Below, one piece after another: positions 50,887-62,920 of a stretch of DNA of 64,000 nt. Below the pieces are notes generated by a model. The model was not told where the DNA came from and searched no databases. It saw nothing but the letters and a program-made list of their open reading frames with translations. The stretch is from Chiloscyllium plagiosum (lineage: Eukaryota), in assembly GCF_004010195.1 (NCBI RefSeq), contig NC_057760.1, positions 4,047,507 to 4,111,506 of the forward strand, in the 5' to 3' direction. Numbering within the stretch: the first letter of the stretch is position 1; each line of letters starts with the position of its first letter. Position numbers and translations under genes: made by a program.

Positions 50887-51706
50887 GTGAAACAGACACT
50901 TTTATCTCCCTGCCCAAGGTGCACTGGGACAAATCGGTTTGAATCTCTTTCAGGGCCTTTTGGGAGAAGGCGATGCTGTGCAAATCAGTTTGAGAACTGG
51001 CAGCTCATTGGTAACTGTGATTTGGTTTGTGTGGTTTTGTTCTTTAAGATGAAAATCTGTTGAATGGAAAAGGTCAAGTGCAGATGAAAAGTAAACACAT
51101 TTAAAAATTTTTTTTTGCTTTTTTTCACCTGTCTGGTCTCTAACCTGAGCATTTCTTGTGTCAAGTTGTAAGTCTCTTTGTACACAAATGAACAGTCAGA
51201 AATATCGATCCATTTCTCAGAGGGTGCACACATATAAAGTGACTGATTTCTGAGTATAACACTGTATTCTCTTCCTGTGTCCTGTCACTCCTTGAACGTT
51301 TCCAAAGGCCATATTTTACCTGGAAGGGATCAAGTCCTTTAACCAATTTTACACATAAATCCCTACATATTCCCTCCCTGCCACATGCTGGGAACACACA
51401 GCGTGTGATTGATGGTTCACTTCAGAGCTTTAAACTCAGCTGCTGGTTTTGAATTAGGTTCTCAACAGAAAAGGCAACAATTTTTGAGTTCCTAATCAAA
51501 AGTATATTCTTGTGGAAGAATAAAATTTAATTGAATTTGGTATTGACAATTTCCCATCAATCTTGTTTCACAAACTCTATTCTCCCCTCTTCCCCCATTC
51601 GCCCCATCCCGCCCCCCTTGCTTTCTCTCGGTTTTTTTTCCTGCTGCTCTTTCTTTTGCTCATAGTTTACTTCTCCATCTCTCTTTTCATCCCTCTCTCT
51701 TTCCAG

Positions 51707-51944
51707 GTTTCTGGATGAATATGCAAAACACAACCTCACATTTTGGGCATTGACAGCACAGAATGAGCCCACCACAGGAATGCTGACTGATTATAGCTTC
51801 CAGTGCATGGGCTTTACAGCAGAGATGCAGCGAGATTTCATTCTGCTTGACCTTGGGCCTGCATTACAGAGCAGTGCTCACAAGGACGTGCAGCTTATGA
51901 TCCTTGATGATCAAAGACTCTTGTTGCCCTATTGGGCAAACGTG
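51707..51944 (+). CDS. GBA1: GBA1 exon 7 equivalent (238 nt), acid/base Glu (E235) at 51765-51767
   Basis: [24 protein letters not shown]...[14 protein letters not shown]. Confidence 0.97.
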
Positions 51945-52496
51945 GTGAGTGTGATTTGAGATGAACTCTCAAAAACAACAGCTACATTTGAATGGGTATG
52001 AAGAGCAGCTTCTTGTTGGTAACCTGTTAAGCTATTCAGTATAAAGAATGCTTCTTTGCTGTATACATCTGCAAATACTGAACTTTGCCGGCAACACAGA
52101 TTCCAGTCAAATGAAACAGTGTTGAAATGACCATTGCAGAGCACCAGTTCAGGAGTGTTGGTATGGATGGTCTTGAAATGTGTGCAAGGGACTATGGTAA
52201 TGGGAGGGATGGGCAGGGCCAAGGCCAAGAGGTGGCTGCTCAGGAGAATGGACAAGACCAGGACACCCAGCTGAGAGTCTTGTGGGGAAGGAGATTGATT
52301 GCATGCATGGGTATGCACACCAAGCATTTAGTGCACATTTTGTCCTGATCTGAACCCCAACAATGAATGAAAAGCAAGTGCAGTCATTTGGAAACCTTCA
52401 GAGTCTGAAGGTGTTTTATGCAGTCTGTCCAACACTGAATGTCACAAAGATTCTGCAACACTGACATTAAAACATCTTTTCTCCCTATCCCACTAG

Positions 52497-52721
52497 GTCT
52501 TGAGTGATGTGCGTGTTGCTCAGTATGTACATGGCGTTGCAGTGCACTGGTACCTCGATATGCTGACTCCAGCTGACAAAACTCTGGGCAGCACACAGGA
52601 GCTTTTCCCAGAATATTACCTGTTTTCCACAGAGGCCTGCACTGGATACTTGCCGTGGGAACACACAGTGCAATTGGGAAGTTGGGAGCGAGGTGCCATG
52701 TACAGCTATGACATGATTCAG
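52497..52721 (+). CDS. GBA1: GBA1 exon 8 equivalent (225 nt), nucleophile Glu (E340) at 52632-52634
   Basis: VLSDVRVAQYVHGVAVHWYLD...LFSTEACTG...LGSWERG...DMIQ. Confidence 0.97.
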
Positions 52722-53292
52722 GTCAGTGGGTGAGAGGGAGAATGGGAAATGAACTGAAATGAGTTGAGCAAGAATGAGCCATGAGTCCTCCTGTGTGGAG
52801 CCCCCAGGTGGTGATGGTTAGACTCTGCAATGTGAACTACAGTAAGTTTGGTACAGTTTTGGATTTGTGATGGGTATGTTATAGAGTCATAGAGATTGTC
52901 TGAAGGGGAATAAACCTAAGTATTACCATTTAGCCCCTCTCCAGTGTCTTGTAAATAGTGTCCTCGGCAGAAGCTGTTCAGTTAACCTCTACGCCATCAG
53001 ACAACAGAGATCAAAACTTCACTGGCTTTTCTGTGGTCATCAGCCACAGCTGCAAAGCATGAACATGGAGATAGAAAACCCAGTGAAAGTGGTACTGGTG
53101 AAAACTAAGGAGAGAAGCAGACCGGAGAGCTTTCAGCAAGGTTGGGGGGGGGGGGGGAGGGGGGAGGGGTAAGGATCACATTTGAGAAAATGTGATTAAA
53201 TTGAATAGTGAAGATATGAGACTAGAGAAAGTTGGCCATCGGGGCAATGATCAGAGTACGACAGAAAAGGATGGGGCAGAGGCATAGTCAAT

Positions 53293-53622
53293 GGGGAGGT
53301 GATGGCCTAGTGATATTATCACTGGACTGTTAATCCAGATACCCAGATAATGTTCTAGGGACCTGCGTTCAAATCCCACCACGGCAGATGGTACAGTTTG
53401 AATTCAATAAATATCTTGAATTAAGAATCTAATGATAACCGTGAATTCTTTGCCAATTGTCAGAAAAACCCATCTGGTTCACTCACTTCCTTTAAGGAAG
53501 GAAACTGCCATCCTGACCTAGTCTGGCCTCCATGTGACTCTAGACCCACAGCAATGTGATTGGCTCTTAACTGCCCTCTGGGCAATAAATACTTCATAGC
53601 CATCACATGAATGAATTAAAAA
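53293..53622 (+). mobile_element. tRNA-derived SINE with L2-like tail
   Basis: A box tggcctagtg, B box gttcaaatccc, body aaaacccatctggttcact...aaggaaggaaactgcc, tail catgaatgaattaaaaaa; related fragments at 15885, 27270 and 43944. Confidence 0.8.
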
Positions 53623-54370
53623 ACAGCATCATCAGATGATGCTGTTGATTACAACATTGACAACTCAGGGCTCTGTATTTGAATGGACTCTAGAATCTGG
53701 AATAAGACTGATGAATTGAGAACAGTAAATCGAAAAAAAACAAGTGTGATATAGTCACAATTGCAGGAACATCCAATGTCAGAATTGTTAAAGTATAAGG
53801 AGGCCATTTGGCCCATTGTATTTGTGGTGCCTCTCTAAGCAAGCATCTTGTAGTGCCATTCACTTGCTTGCTCCCTTTAGGCTCCGGAATTTGTTCATTT
53901 CTGATTCTCTTTTGAAAGTGCCTGTTGGCTCCTCCAGACACTGGGGTGGTGCATTCCAGACCTTAATGGATCCTAATGTGAATCCAGTCTGTCAATGAGA
54001 GAGAATCAAGGCACCTTTCTTTCTCAATGGGAGTTTTGGCCAGTGAAGAACCCCACAATAAACTTTCCGGCCAGTTCGATAAACATCTGTGAATCTAACC
54101 ATTTTGTGCCACTCAGCCAGTTTTATATCCATGTTGCTCTGGTCCCTTTTATTCAATGAGCTCTAATTTTGCTCACAAGTTCATTTGCAGCATTGCATCA
54201 AATGTCTTATATATACCAGATCCACAGCACTGCCTTGATTGACCCTCTCTGTTATCTCTTCAATCAATTCCAGAAAATTAGTTAAATGTGAGTTTCCTTT
54301 AGGAATCTGATTGAAGGTAGAGAGAAGATATGGTGTACATGGATTTTAGCAAGGCGTTTGATAAGATTTC

Positions 54371-54579
54371 TTCGAGGAGAAAGTGAGGTCTGCAGATGCT
54401 GGAGATCAAAGTTGAAACTTTATTGCTGGAACAGCACAGCAGGTTAGGCAGCATCCAGGGAACAGGAGATTCGACGTTTCGGGCACGTTCCTGAAGAAGG
54501 GCCTGTGCCCGAAACGTCGAATCTCCTGTTCCCTGGATGCTGCCTGACCTGCTGTGCTGTTCCAGCAATAAAGTTTCAA
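54371..54579. mobile_element. Miniature fold-back Penelope-like pLTR element
   Basis: 75-bp arms 54412-54486 and 54505-54579; flanking direct repeat gtttgataagatttc at 54356-54370 and 54580-54594. Confidence 0.9.
54487..54522 (+). ncRNA. Minimal type I hammerhead ribozyme motif (Penelope-type), predicted cleavage after C54518
   Basis: GUUC-CUGAAGA-A-GGGC-CUGU-GCCC-GAAA-C-GUC-GAAU: intact core, 4-bp helix II, helix I GUUC/GAAU, palindromic ACGU in place of helix III. Confidence 0.72.
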
Positions 54580-56290
54580 GTTTGATAAGATTTCCCATTT
54601 TAGGCTCATTCAGGAGTAAGGAGGCAAGGGATACAGGGAAATCTGGCTGTCTGGATACTGAATTGGCTGGCCCATTGAAAACAGAGGGTGGTAGTAGATG
54701 GAAAGTATTCAGCCTGGAGCTCGGTGACCAGTGGTGTTCCATAGGGATCTGTTCTGGGGCCTCTGCTCTTTGTGATTTTTTTTTATATAAACGACTTGGA
54801 TGAGAAAGTGCAAGGGTAGGTTAGTAAGTTTGCCGATGACAAGACGCTTGGTGGAGTTGTGGATAGTGTGGAGGACTGTTGTCAATTGCAAAGGACGTTG
54901 ACAGGATGCAGAGCTGGACTGAGAAATAGCAGATGGTATTCAACCTGGAAGAGTGGAAGATCAAATCTGAATGCAGATTACAGGGTTAAAGACAGGATTC
55001 TTGGCAGTGTGGAGGAACAGAGGGATCTTGGGGTCCACGTCCATAGATCCCTCAAAGTTGCCACCCAAGTTGATAGGATTGTAAAAATGCAAATGTCATG
55101 TTGGCTTTCATCAGCAGGGGATTGAGTTTGAGCCATGAGGTTATGCCGCAGCTCTATAAAGCCCTGGTCAGACCACCCTTGGAATATTGTGTTCGGTTCT
55201 AGTCTCCTCGTTATAGGAATGATGTGGAAGTTTTAGAGAGGGATCAGAGGAGATTGACCAGGATGCTGCCTGGACTTGAGGGCATGTCTTATGAAGAAAG
55301 GTTGAGGGAACTAGAGCTTTTTTCATTGGAGTGAAGAAGGGTGAGAGGCAACTTGATAGAGGTGTACAAGATGATGAGGGGCATAGGTAGAGCGAATAGT
55401 CCAAGACTTGTTTCCAGGGCTGAAATGGCAATCACAAGAGGCCATAATTTTAAGGTGATTAGAGGAAGGTTTAGGGGAGATGTTAGAGGTAGGTGCTTTG
55501 CACAGATAGGACTCTTGAATAGGCACATGGATGATAATAAAATGAAGGGTATGTAGGTTAGGCTGATCTTCGATTTTGATAAAAGGTCAGCACAACATGG
55601 TTTCAGTATAAAGGATACAAATGACATCTCAGAAATAATTGTGAATCCTCTGTGATTTAAACAACTAAAAATGTCAGGGAAAGGATACTGAGATGGTCAT
55701 TTCAACTAAAAGCTAACCAACAATAGACTTCACCCAAAAAAGAAGTGACTGATGAGATTGAGATTAACTTTTCCAGAATCTAGGGAATTTTGCAAGGTCC
55801 ATTTAGATTGGAAATTAGTGGATATGATTCCTCTATTCAAGAAACTGGAGAGTTAGAAAGCAAGAAATAGCAGGCCAGATAGCTTAACATCTGACATAAG
55901 AAAAATTCTAGAATCTATTGTTAGAGATACAGCAGGACATTTTGAAAGTCTCAAAGCAATCAGGGAGAGTAATTTTATGAAGGAGAAATCACATTTGACT
56001 TATTTATTGGAGTTCATTTGAGTTCATCGCAGACATTGGTCGATAATGGGAGCCTGTACTTGGATTTGCAGAGTAAATGTTACTGTAACAAGAGCTGGAG
56101 GTCTAGGATGTAACATATTAGCATAGGTAAAGGACTGCTTTGCTGAGCAATGAAGGTTTACAATATATCATTATTATTTGGGAGTTGGGGTCTAAAGCAG
56201 AGGTAAAAATGCTGCCAACTGGGACTAGATTAATTTAGGGTATCTGGTAGGACTGGGTGAGTAGGACTGAGGGGTATGTTTCCATGCTGT

Positions 56291-57190
56291 ATTGATTAGG
56301 GACTGCCAGCACGGATTTGTGAAGGGTAGGTCTTGCCTTACAAGTCTTATTGAATTCTTTGAGGAGGTGACCAAATATGTGGATGAGGGTAGAGCAGTGG
56401 ATGTAGTATACATGGATTTTAGTAAGGCATTTGATAAGGTTCCCCATGGTAGGCTTATGCGGAAAGTCAGGAGGCACGGGATAGAGGGAAATTTGGCCAA
56501 TTGGATAGAAAACTGGCTAACCGGACGAAGGCAGAGAGTGGTGGTAGATGGTAAATACTCAGCCTGGAGCACAGTTACATTTGGAAGGACAAATAAGAAT
56601 GCAGAATACAGGGTTAACGGTAGGGTTCTTAGTAAGATGGAGGCGCAGAGGGATCTTGGGGTCTACGTTCGTAGATCTTTGAAAGTTGCCTCTCAGGTGG
56701 ATAGAGCTTGTAAGAAGGCCTATGATGTATTAGCGTTCATTAACAGAGAGATTGAATTCAAGAGTCGTGAGGTGATGTTGCAGCTGTACAGGATCTTGGT
56801 TAGGCCACATTTGGAGTACTGTGTGCAGTTCTGGTCGCCTCGCTTTAGGAAAGATGTGGAAGCTTTGGAGAGGGTGCAGAGAAGATTTACCAGGATGTTG
56901 CCTGGAATGGAGAATAGGTAGTACGAGGATAGGTTGAGAGTGCTAGGCCTCTTCTCATTGGAACGGCGAAGGATTAGGGGTGACTTGATAGAGGTTTATA
57001 AGATGATCAGAGGAATAGATAGAGTAGACAGTCAGAAACTTTTTCTCCGGGTACAACAGAGTGTTACAAGGGGACATAAAAGGGGACCTTTAAGCTGCAA
57101 TTGGATGGGTGCTTAAGCTAGGACAAATACTCGGCACAACATCGTGGGCCGAAGGGCCTGTTCTGTGCTGTATTGTTCTATGTTCTATAT
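56291..57190 (+). mobile_element. Relatively young CR1 fragment with internal deletions
   Basis: ORF 56292-56921 QHGFVKGRSCLT...DFSKAFDKVPH jumps to FGRTNK, lacking the PQGS/FADD segment. Confidence 0.9.
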
Positions 57191-57515
57191 CTCTATGACT
57201 CTGTGGGTTTTATGAAGGTGACTTGTGTTTTTTTTATAATGGTCAGGAACTTTTTTTTAGAAATGTTAAAATAGCATTTCCAAGAAATTGAGTTACTTCG
57301 ACTAAATGAGCAGACATACTGAGATAATTGCTGAAGGGGAAATCGTGCCTGACAAATCTACTAGAATTATTGAGTAGATATCCCCTTTGCCTTCGAAAAT
57401 GAAGCAAATTTGTTTGAAGTTTTTGGAATTCTGTTCCCCAGAGATTGGTGAAGGTGGGTCATTGGACACTTTTTTTTTAAAGTAGAGGTAGACAGATTCT
57501 TGAACAATTAGGGAG

Positions 57516-58226
57516 TGTTACAACACTGGGTAAATTCTCCTGCTCACTATAAACCAGCAACACAAAAGAATTATCCCGTGCAGTAATTTGTGGAAAGTAT
57601 AAGAGGCCAAGAACTATTTAAAGTAAAAATTAGCAACTTTATTTCTTAAAGTATAACAGGGAATAATTAACGAACAACTATTTACAACTCCTTCCTCTAA
57701 CCTATCATTTATCTTCCCTTCTGTAATACTAGTCTGATAAAACTCCCGATTACGATTTACAAAACATGATTTACGATTTTCTTATCTCCAAACCAGGCAG
57801 TTTTCAGTGTTATCTGTATTCCTAACATCTTTTTTTCTTGGGGGTTCTGCTTCACAGGTTGCTGATTGATAAAGTACCTTTAAGAGAGCTATTTTTCAGT
57901 TCATCATTTACATGCTGGTAGCTTGGTAGTTCTCCTCTCAACTGTTCAATTTTCCCTGGTCTTATACCCCCAAAGCATCAGATTATATCAGTGGCTTTTA
58001 AGATTGTAAATAGACTAAATTCAAATTGGATTGGAGTTTGGTATTTTTTGGGATTGACCTAATTCGAATCTGTTTTAGTCGTTTCCAGGCAACCAGCTAT
58101 CCTAGCTACCCCAGTAGCTGGACCATATGTTACATTGTATCTTTTTTCAGAACGCTTGGTGCTGTCAGGTAGTCTTTGCTAGTTTTTAACTCTTTTAAAG
58201 GTACAGTACAGCATTTCTTCGTAAGA
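57516..58226 (-). mobile_element. Probable solo LTR (~710 bp) inserted in a CR1 3' UTR
   Basis: Termini tgttac...gtaaga (near TG..CA inverted ends); minus-strand TATA-like ggggtataag (~57965) and AATAAA (~57640); CR1 tail sequence resumes on both sides. Confidence 0.55.
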
Positions 58227-58394
58227 GGGGCTGAAGATGGTTGGGGATAGGTGGAAATATGGAGCTCAGGCACAAAGAGATCAATTGTGATCCTTAGTTT
58301 TATCCGTCTGCACCTGGACCTCAATGAAGTTTGGGCACAGTATACTGAATTCTTCTTCTGTGCCATCGCCTCTATGCCCATTTCTTTGAATAGA

Positions 58395-59915
58395 AGTCCT
58401 CTGCTTCTCCCACAGATCTCTGCTCCTCAGATGCTGCCTGAACTGCTGTGCTTTTCCAGCACCACTCTAATGCAGAATCTGGTTTCCAGCATCTGCAGTT
58501 ATTGTTTTTGCCACGGATCTCTTCACCCACCTCCAACACATTCCCTCCACTTGGGCTCTCTTTCTGGCCTTTAACCTGCACTCAGTCTGTTCATTAAGAA
58601 GATTCAACATGATGTTGGTCAGCTTAATCTCTCTGTCCACCCTGCTCCTCCCCCCCACCCCCCTGGTATATCTCTTGTATATCAATGACATCATTGCTGC
58701 TTCCCTGTTTTGTCTGGAATTGGAAAAGTTTATCCATTTTCACTTGCAGTTTCCACCCTGCTTTCATCTTCACCTAGACCATCTCTGATTTGCTTCTTTT
58801 CCATCACCGATATCTCTGTTTTCATTTCTGGGGAAAAGCTGGCTGCCAATGTTCACAATGTAACCACCGACTCCCACTGTACTTTGTACATCCTCACAAT
58901 ATGCTTCCTGTGAAGACCCTATTTCAAGCTCCTAGTTTCTCCATCTCTGTTGGATCTGTTCCGATGAGGCCAGTTTCTCCAAGGGAGCCTCCAAAAGCTC
59001 CACCTTTTTCCTTGAACAAGGATTCCCCGTCAGCATAGTTGATCAGGCTCTCAGTCATGTCTGACTAATCTCCCATACTTCAGCCGTCCCACAACAGCGA
59101 TCGTGTCTCTCTGATCCTTACGTATCACCCCACCAGTCTTCACAGCTAAAGGATCATTAACTGCCATATCTGCCACTTCCAGTGGGATGCCACCACCAGA
59201 CTAATATCCCCCTTCCCTCCCTTGTCAGTCTTCCACAAGGACTGTTGCCTCTGGAACACCTTGGTCCACTCCTCTTACACTCCCAACATCTTCCCATACT
59301 GTCTATGTAACTTTTAAGATGCAATATCTACCTGCTTACTTCCTCTCTACTCATTATCCAAGGTCCAGATGAAGCAGTGATTTACCTGCACTTCACTCAA
59401 TCTAGTCTACTATATTCACTGCTCACAATGTGGTCTGCTCTACACTGGGAAAAGAAACGCAGGCTGGGTGACTGTTTTCCACAGAATGTGATCCTGAGCT
59501 TGCTGATGCCTGTCACCTCAACACACCACTGTATTCCCTGTCCAAATTCTCTGTTATGGTCTTGCTGCAGTGTTCCAGAGCGGGAGTGCAAGCTCATGTT
59601 CCGCTTGAGAACCCTGCAATCTCCATACTGAGTTCAATAATTTTGGGGCTTGAGTACCTTCTCCTATGTCCTTACTCATTCCCCACACCAGGCCTTGTCA
59701 TCACATGGGCTGCTGTCACAAACAACCCATTCTCAGTCATGAATGGTCCCCATTACCAGAGATTGATTCTTCCAGGTTGACCCCTCTCTGTTTCTTTGTC
59801 TGTCCAACTTATTTTATTTCTTTGTCTCTGGGCTCCATCTTCACCTATCATTTACTCTTCCCCTTTTCAGATAAACCTATTGGACTATAACTTGGTTTTG
59901 TGTGATTTTTGACCC
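58395..59915 (+). mobile_element. Decayed Penelope-like (Neptune-type) element: pLTR tail, RT and GIY-YIG remnants
   Basis: Traces of YINDII, FHP, DISVFISG, TDSH, FLHLCWICSDE and FTCTSLNLVYYIHCSQCGLLYTG; pLTR gatgctgcctgaactgctgtgcttttccagc at 58430. Confidence 0.78.
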
Positions 59916-60015
59916 TGTTGGGTATAAACGAGGCTTGAAACACAAATAGCCTTTCTCTGCTCCTTATATTGTTATTGAGTGTTCATCTTTGTGTTGTTTC
60001 TACCACATGTTGCAG

Positions 60016-60179
60016 AATCTGAATAATTATGTAACTGGTTGGACAGACTGGAACATTGCATTGAATTTGCAAGGTGGCCCGAACTGGGTGAAAAACTTTG
60101 CTGACAGTCCAGTCATAGTGAACAGTCATCAGGACACCTTCTACAAACAACCTATGTTCTACCACATGGCCCACTTCAG
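60016..60179 (+). CDS. GBA1: GBA1 exon 9 equivalent (164 nt)
   Basis: [55 protein letters not shown]370, V394 and D409 conserved. Confidence 0.97.
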
Positions 60180-60394
60180 GTAGAAGCCATTTATCTGACT
60201 CATGGTGTAATTCTGCAGGGCCTGGTGTTTGCACAAGTGCATTTGTTGTACAAGTTAACACTTCTTAAAGGGAGTTAATGTTTGAGCTGTAGTGTGATGT
60301 CTCACTATCTCTGGCTGTAGTATCAGTTAATGGGAGCCTCCCACTGTCTCCTCCCAGAGGCACACTTACCTTCTCTATCTCTTCTTGGTCATAA

Positions 60395-61290
60395 TTAGAA
60401 CAGTACAGGCCCTTCGCCGCTCGATGTTCTGCTGACCTTTGATCAAACTAACCTACATACCCTTCATTTTACTACCATCCATGTGCCTATTCAAGAGTCG
60501 CTTAAATGTCCCTAATATATCTGACTCTCCTACCACCATTGGCAGTGCATTCCACACACCTACCACTCTGTGTAAATAATCTACTTCTGACATTTCCCTT
60601 AAGCCTTCCGACAATCACCTTGCAATTATGCCCTGGTTTAGCCATTTCTGCCCTGGGATCAAGTCTCTGACTATTCACTCTATCTATGCCTCTCATCATC
60701 TTGTACACCTCTATCAAGTTGCCTCTCACCCTGCTTCAGTCCAATGAGAAAAACCTTAGCCCACTCAACCTTTTTTCATAAAACATGCCCTCCAGTCCAG
60801 GCAGCATCCTGGTAAATCTCCTTTGCACCCTCTCTTCCACATCTTTCCTATAGTGAGGCAACCAGAATTGAACACAATATTCCAAGTGTGGTCTAACCAG
60901 GGCTTTATAGAGCTGCAGCATAACCTCTCAGCTCTTAAACTCAATCCCCCTACTAATGAAAGCCAACACACCATACTCCTAAGCAACCCTGTCAACTTGG
61001 ATGGCAACTTTGAGGTATCTATGGACGTGGACTCCCAGATTCCACTTCTAAGAATCCTGCCTTTATCCCTGTAATCTGCATTCAAATTCCACCTTCCAAA
61101 ATGAATCACTTCACACTTTTCCAGGTTGAACTCGATCTGCCACTTGTCAGCCCAGCTCTGCATCCTGTTAATGTTCCCGTTGCAACCTACAATAGTCCTC
61201 TGTACAGTCCACCACTCCACCAACCTTTGTGTCATCAGCAAACTTAGTAACCCACCCTTCCACTTCCTCATCCAAGTCACTTATAAAAAT
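60395..61290 (-). mobile_element. CR1 LINE 3' remnant
   Basis: Minus ORFs RPHLEYCVQFW and RGNLIEVYKMMRG. Confidence 0.88.
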
Positions 61291-61299
61291 CACAAGTTA

Positions 61300-61660
61300 A
61301 AAGTGGAGAGTCAAAAAGTGTGGTGCTGGAAAAGCACAGCAGGTTAGGCAGCATCTGAGTCAACATTTTGGGCATAAGCCCTTCATTGGGACTGCGGGGA
61401 GGCCTAAGGAGTCTGAAAGATAATAGGAGGGAGTTAGGGTTGCCGTTGGGGGTGGGGGGGAGGAAGTGGGGGGTGGATAGGTGGGAAGGAAGATGGACAT
61501 GAACAAGTTCAAGAGAGCAGTGCCAAGTTGGAGGGTTGGATCTGGGATAAGGTGGGAGGAGGGGAGATGAGGAAATTGGTGAAATCGATGTTGATCCCTT
61601 GTGGTTGCAGGGTCCCATGGTGGAAGATGAGGCATCCTTTCTCCAGGTGTTGGTTGGTTG
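61300..61660 (-). mobile_element. Penelope-like 3' end (GIY-YIG tail, pyrimidine-rich UTR, pLTR)
   Basis: Minus LEKGCLIFH..TLQPQGINIDFTNF, then aatgaagggcttatgcccaaaatgttga (decayed hammerhead) and the pLTR tail. Confidence 0.75.
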
Positions 61661-61899
61661 GCTAGGATTTGGCAGGGGATATTTGGTTTGTAGGTTAATT
61701 TGATCTTAGAGTAGAATAAAAGGTCAGCACAACATCAAGGGCCAAAGAATCTGTACTGTACTGTTGTGTATTCTTAAAGGGGCAACCCCTTATTCTGAGA
61801 CTCTCCCACAAAGGGAGCATAATAAATAAAACCAGGTAAATATTCCTGTTAATGAAATTCCAATACGGTCCAGTGTCATAAGCCTTTGTTTATATCGAG

Positions 61900-62600
61900 A
61901 ATACATTCCATTTGCAATCATCAATCCAAATTGATGGTGAGGAGGAAGGTTACAGGGCAATATAAACATGTTGGACCCCTGGGCAGATTAGAGGCTGATA
62001 GAATTTAACCCGATTAATTGTGAGCACTTTGAAGAAGTAACAAGACATGAGAGTATTCCATGAATAGCAGGACACTAGGAAGTTAAGAGGAACAGAGAGT
62101 TCTTGGGGCTTATGTCCATATATCCCTGAAGGTGGCAAGATGGGTTAATATTAACTAGGAGAAAGTGAGGACTGCAGATGCTGGAGATCAGAGCTGAAAA
62201 ATGTGTTGCTGGAAAAGCGCAGCAGGTCAGGCAGCATCCAAGGAGCAGGAGAATCGACGTTTCGGGCACGCTTGCCTTTATCAGGAGTGGCATAGCTTGT
62301 GGAAACAAGGAAGTTATCTTGGAGCTGTACCTAACTTTGGTGAGGCCACAGCTGGAGTACTGTGTGCTGCTCTGGTCATCATGCTGTAGAAAGGATTTGA
62401 TTGTACTGGAGGGGGATGCGGAGGTGATTCTCCAGAATGTTCCCTGAGATGGAGCCTTTCAACATTGGTGAGAGGGCGCGTAAGTTTGAGTTGTTTTCTT
62501 TGGAGCAGAGAAGGCGAACAGGGGACCTGATTGAGTGGATAAGATTGATGGGCTGGGCATGGTTGATCGAGAGCAGTCGTTCCCCAGAGAGAGAGAGATA
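61900..62600 (+). mobile_element. Old CR1 remnant containing a single-arm Penelope-like pLTR (62158-62269)
   Basis: LELYLTLVRPQLEYCV; inserted ggagaaagtgaggactgcagatgctgg...gacgtttcgggca. Confidence 0.8.
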
Positions 62601-62803
62601 GATCAAAGTGTTTGTATCATTCAGTCTTCACGATGACAGAGGTAGGTCTTGCGAGAACATAGCTACCACCTGCCTGAAATGGGGAATAAAGAAAGTTATT
62701 AAATGGAGAGCAAAGAAAGTTCTTTTCCTGCCTTACAGTAAAGTGGGCCTGTGTTGAGCTTCAGGTGGCCTTCACTCTGATGCACATGTTCTTTTCTCTG
62801 CAG

Positions 62804-62920
62804 TAAATTTGTTCCTGAGGGTTCTCGACGAGTCGGCCTTGATCCCAATGCTGTTACTGAGCTGGAATCTGTGGCTTTTCTCCGCCCAGATGGATGTGCA
62901 GTCGTCAATGTCCTGAACTG
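62804..62920 (+). CDS. GBA1: GBA1 exon 10 equivalent (117 nt); final exon outside the window
   Basis: KFVPEGSRRVGLDPNAVTELESVAFLRPDGCAVVNVLN; ctgcag| acceptor, TG|gtgaga donor; L444 conserved. Confidence 0.95.

Larger units (their letters stand above)
54310..55600 (+). mobile_element. CR1 LINE RT/3' remnant interrupted by a miniature Penelope-like element
   Basis: VYMDFSKAFDKI...[insertion]...KFADD...RGNLIEVYKMMRG. Confidence 0.88.

Noticed and set aside
53293..53385. tRNA gene-like A/B boxes (also in HE1 heads)
   Set aside because: They are SINE heads continuing into SINE bodies, with no proper cloverleaf.
59998..60168. 12-nt ttctaccacatg repeated before and at the end of GBA1 exon 9
   Set aside because: Short; the exonic copy is constrained by FYHM codons; probably coincidence.
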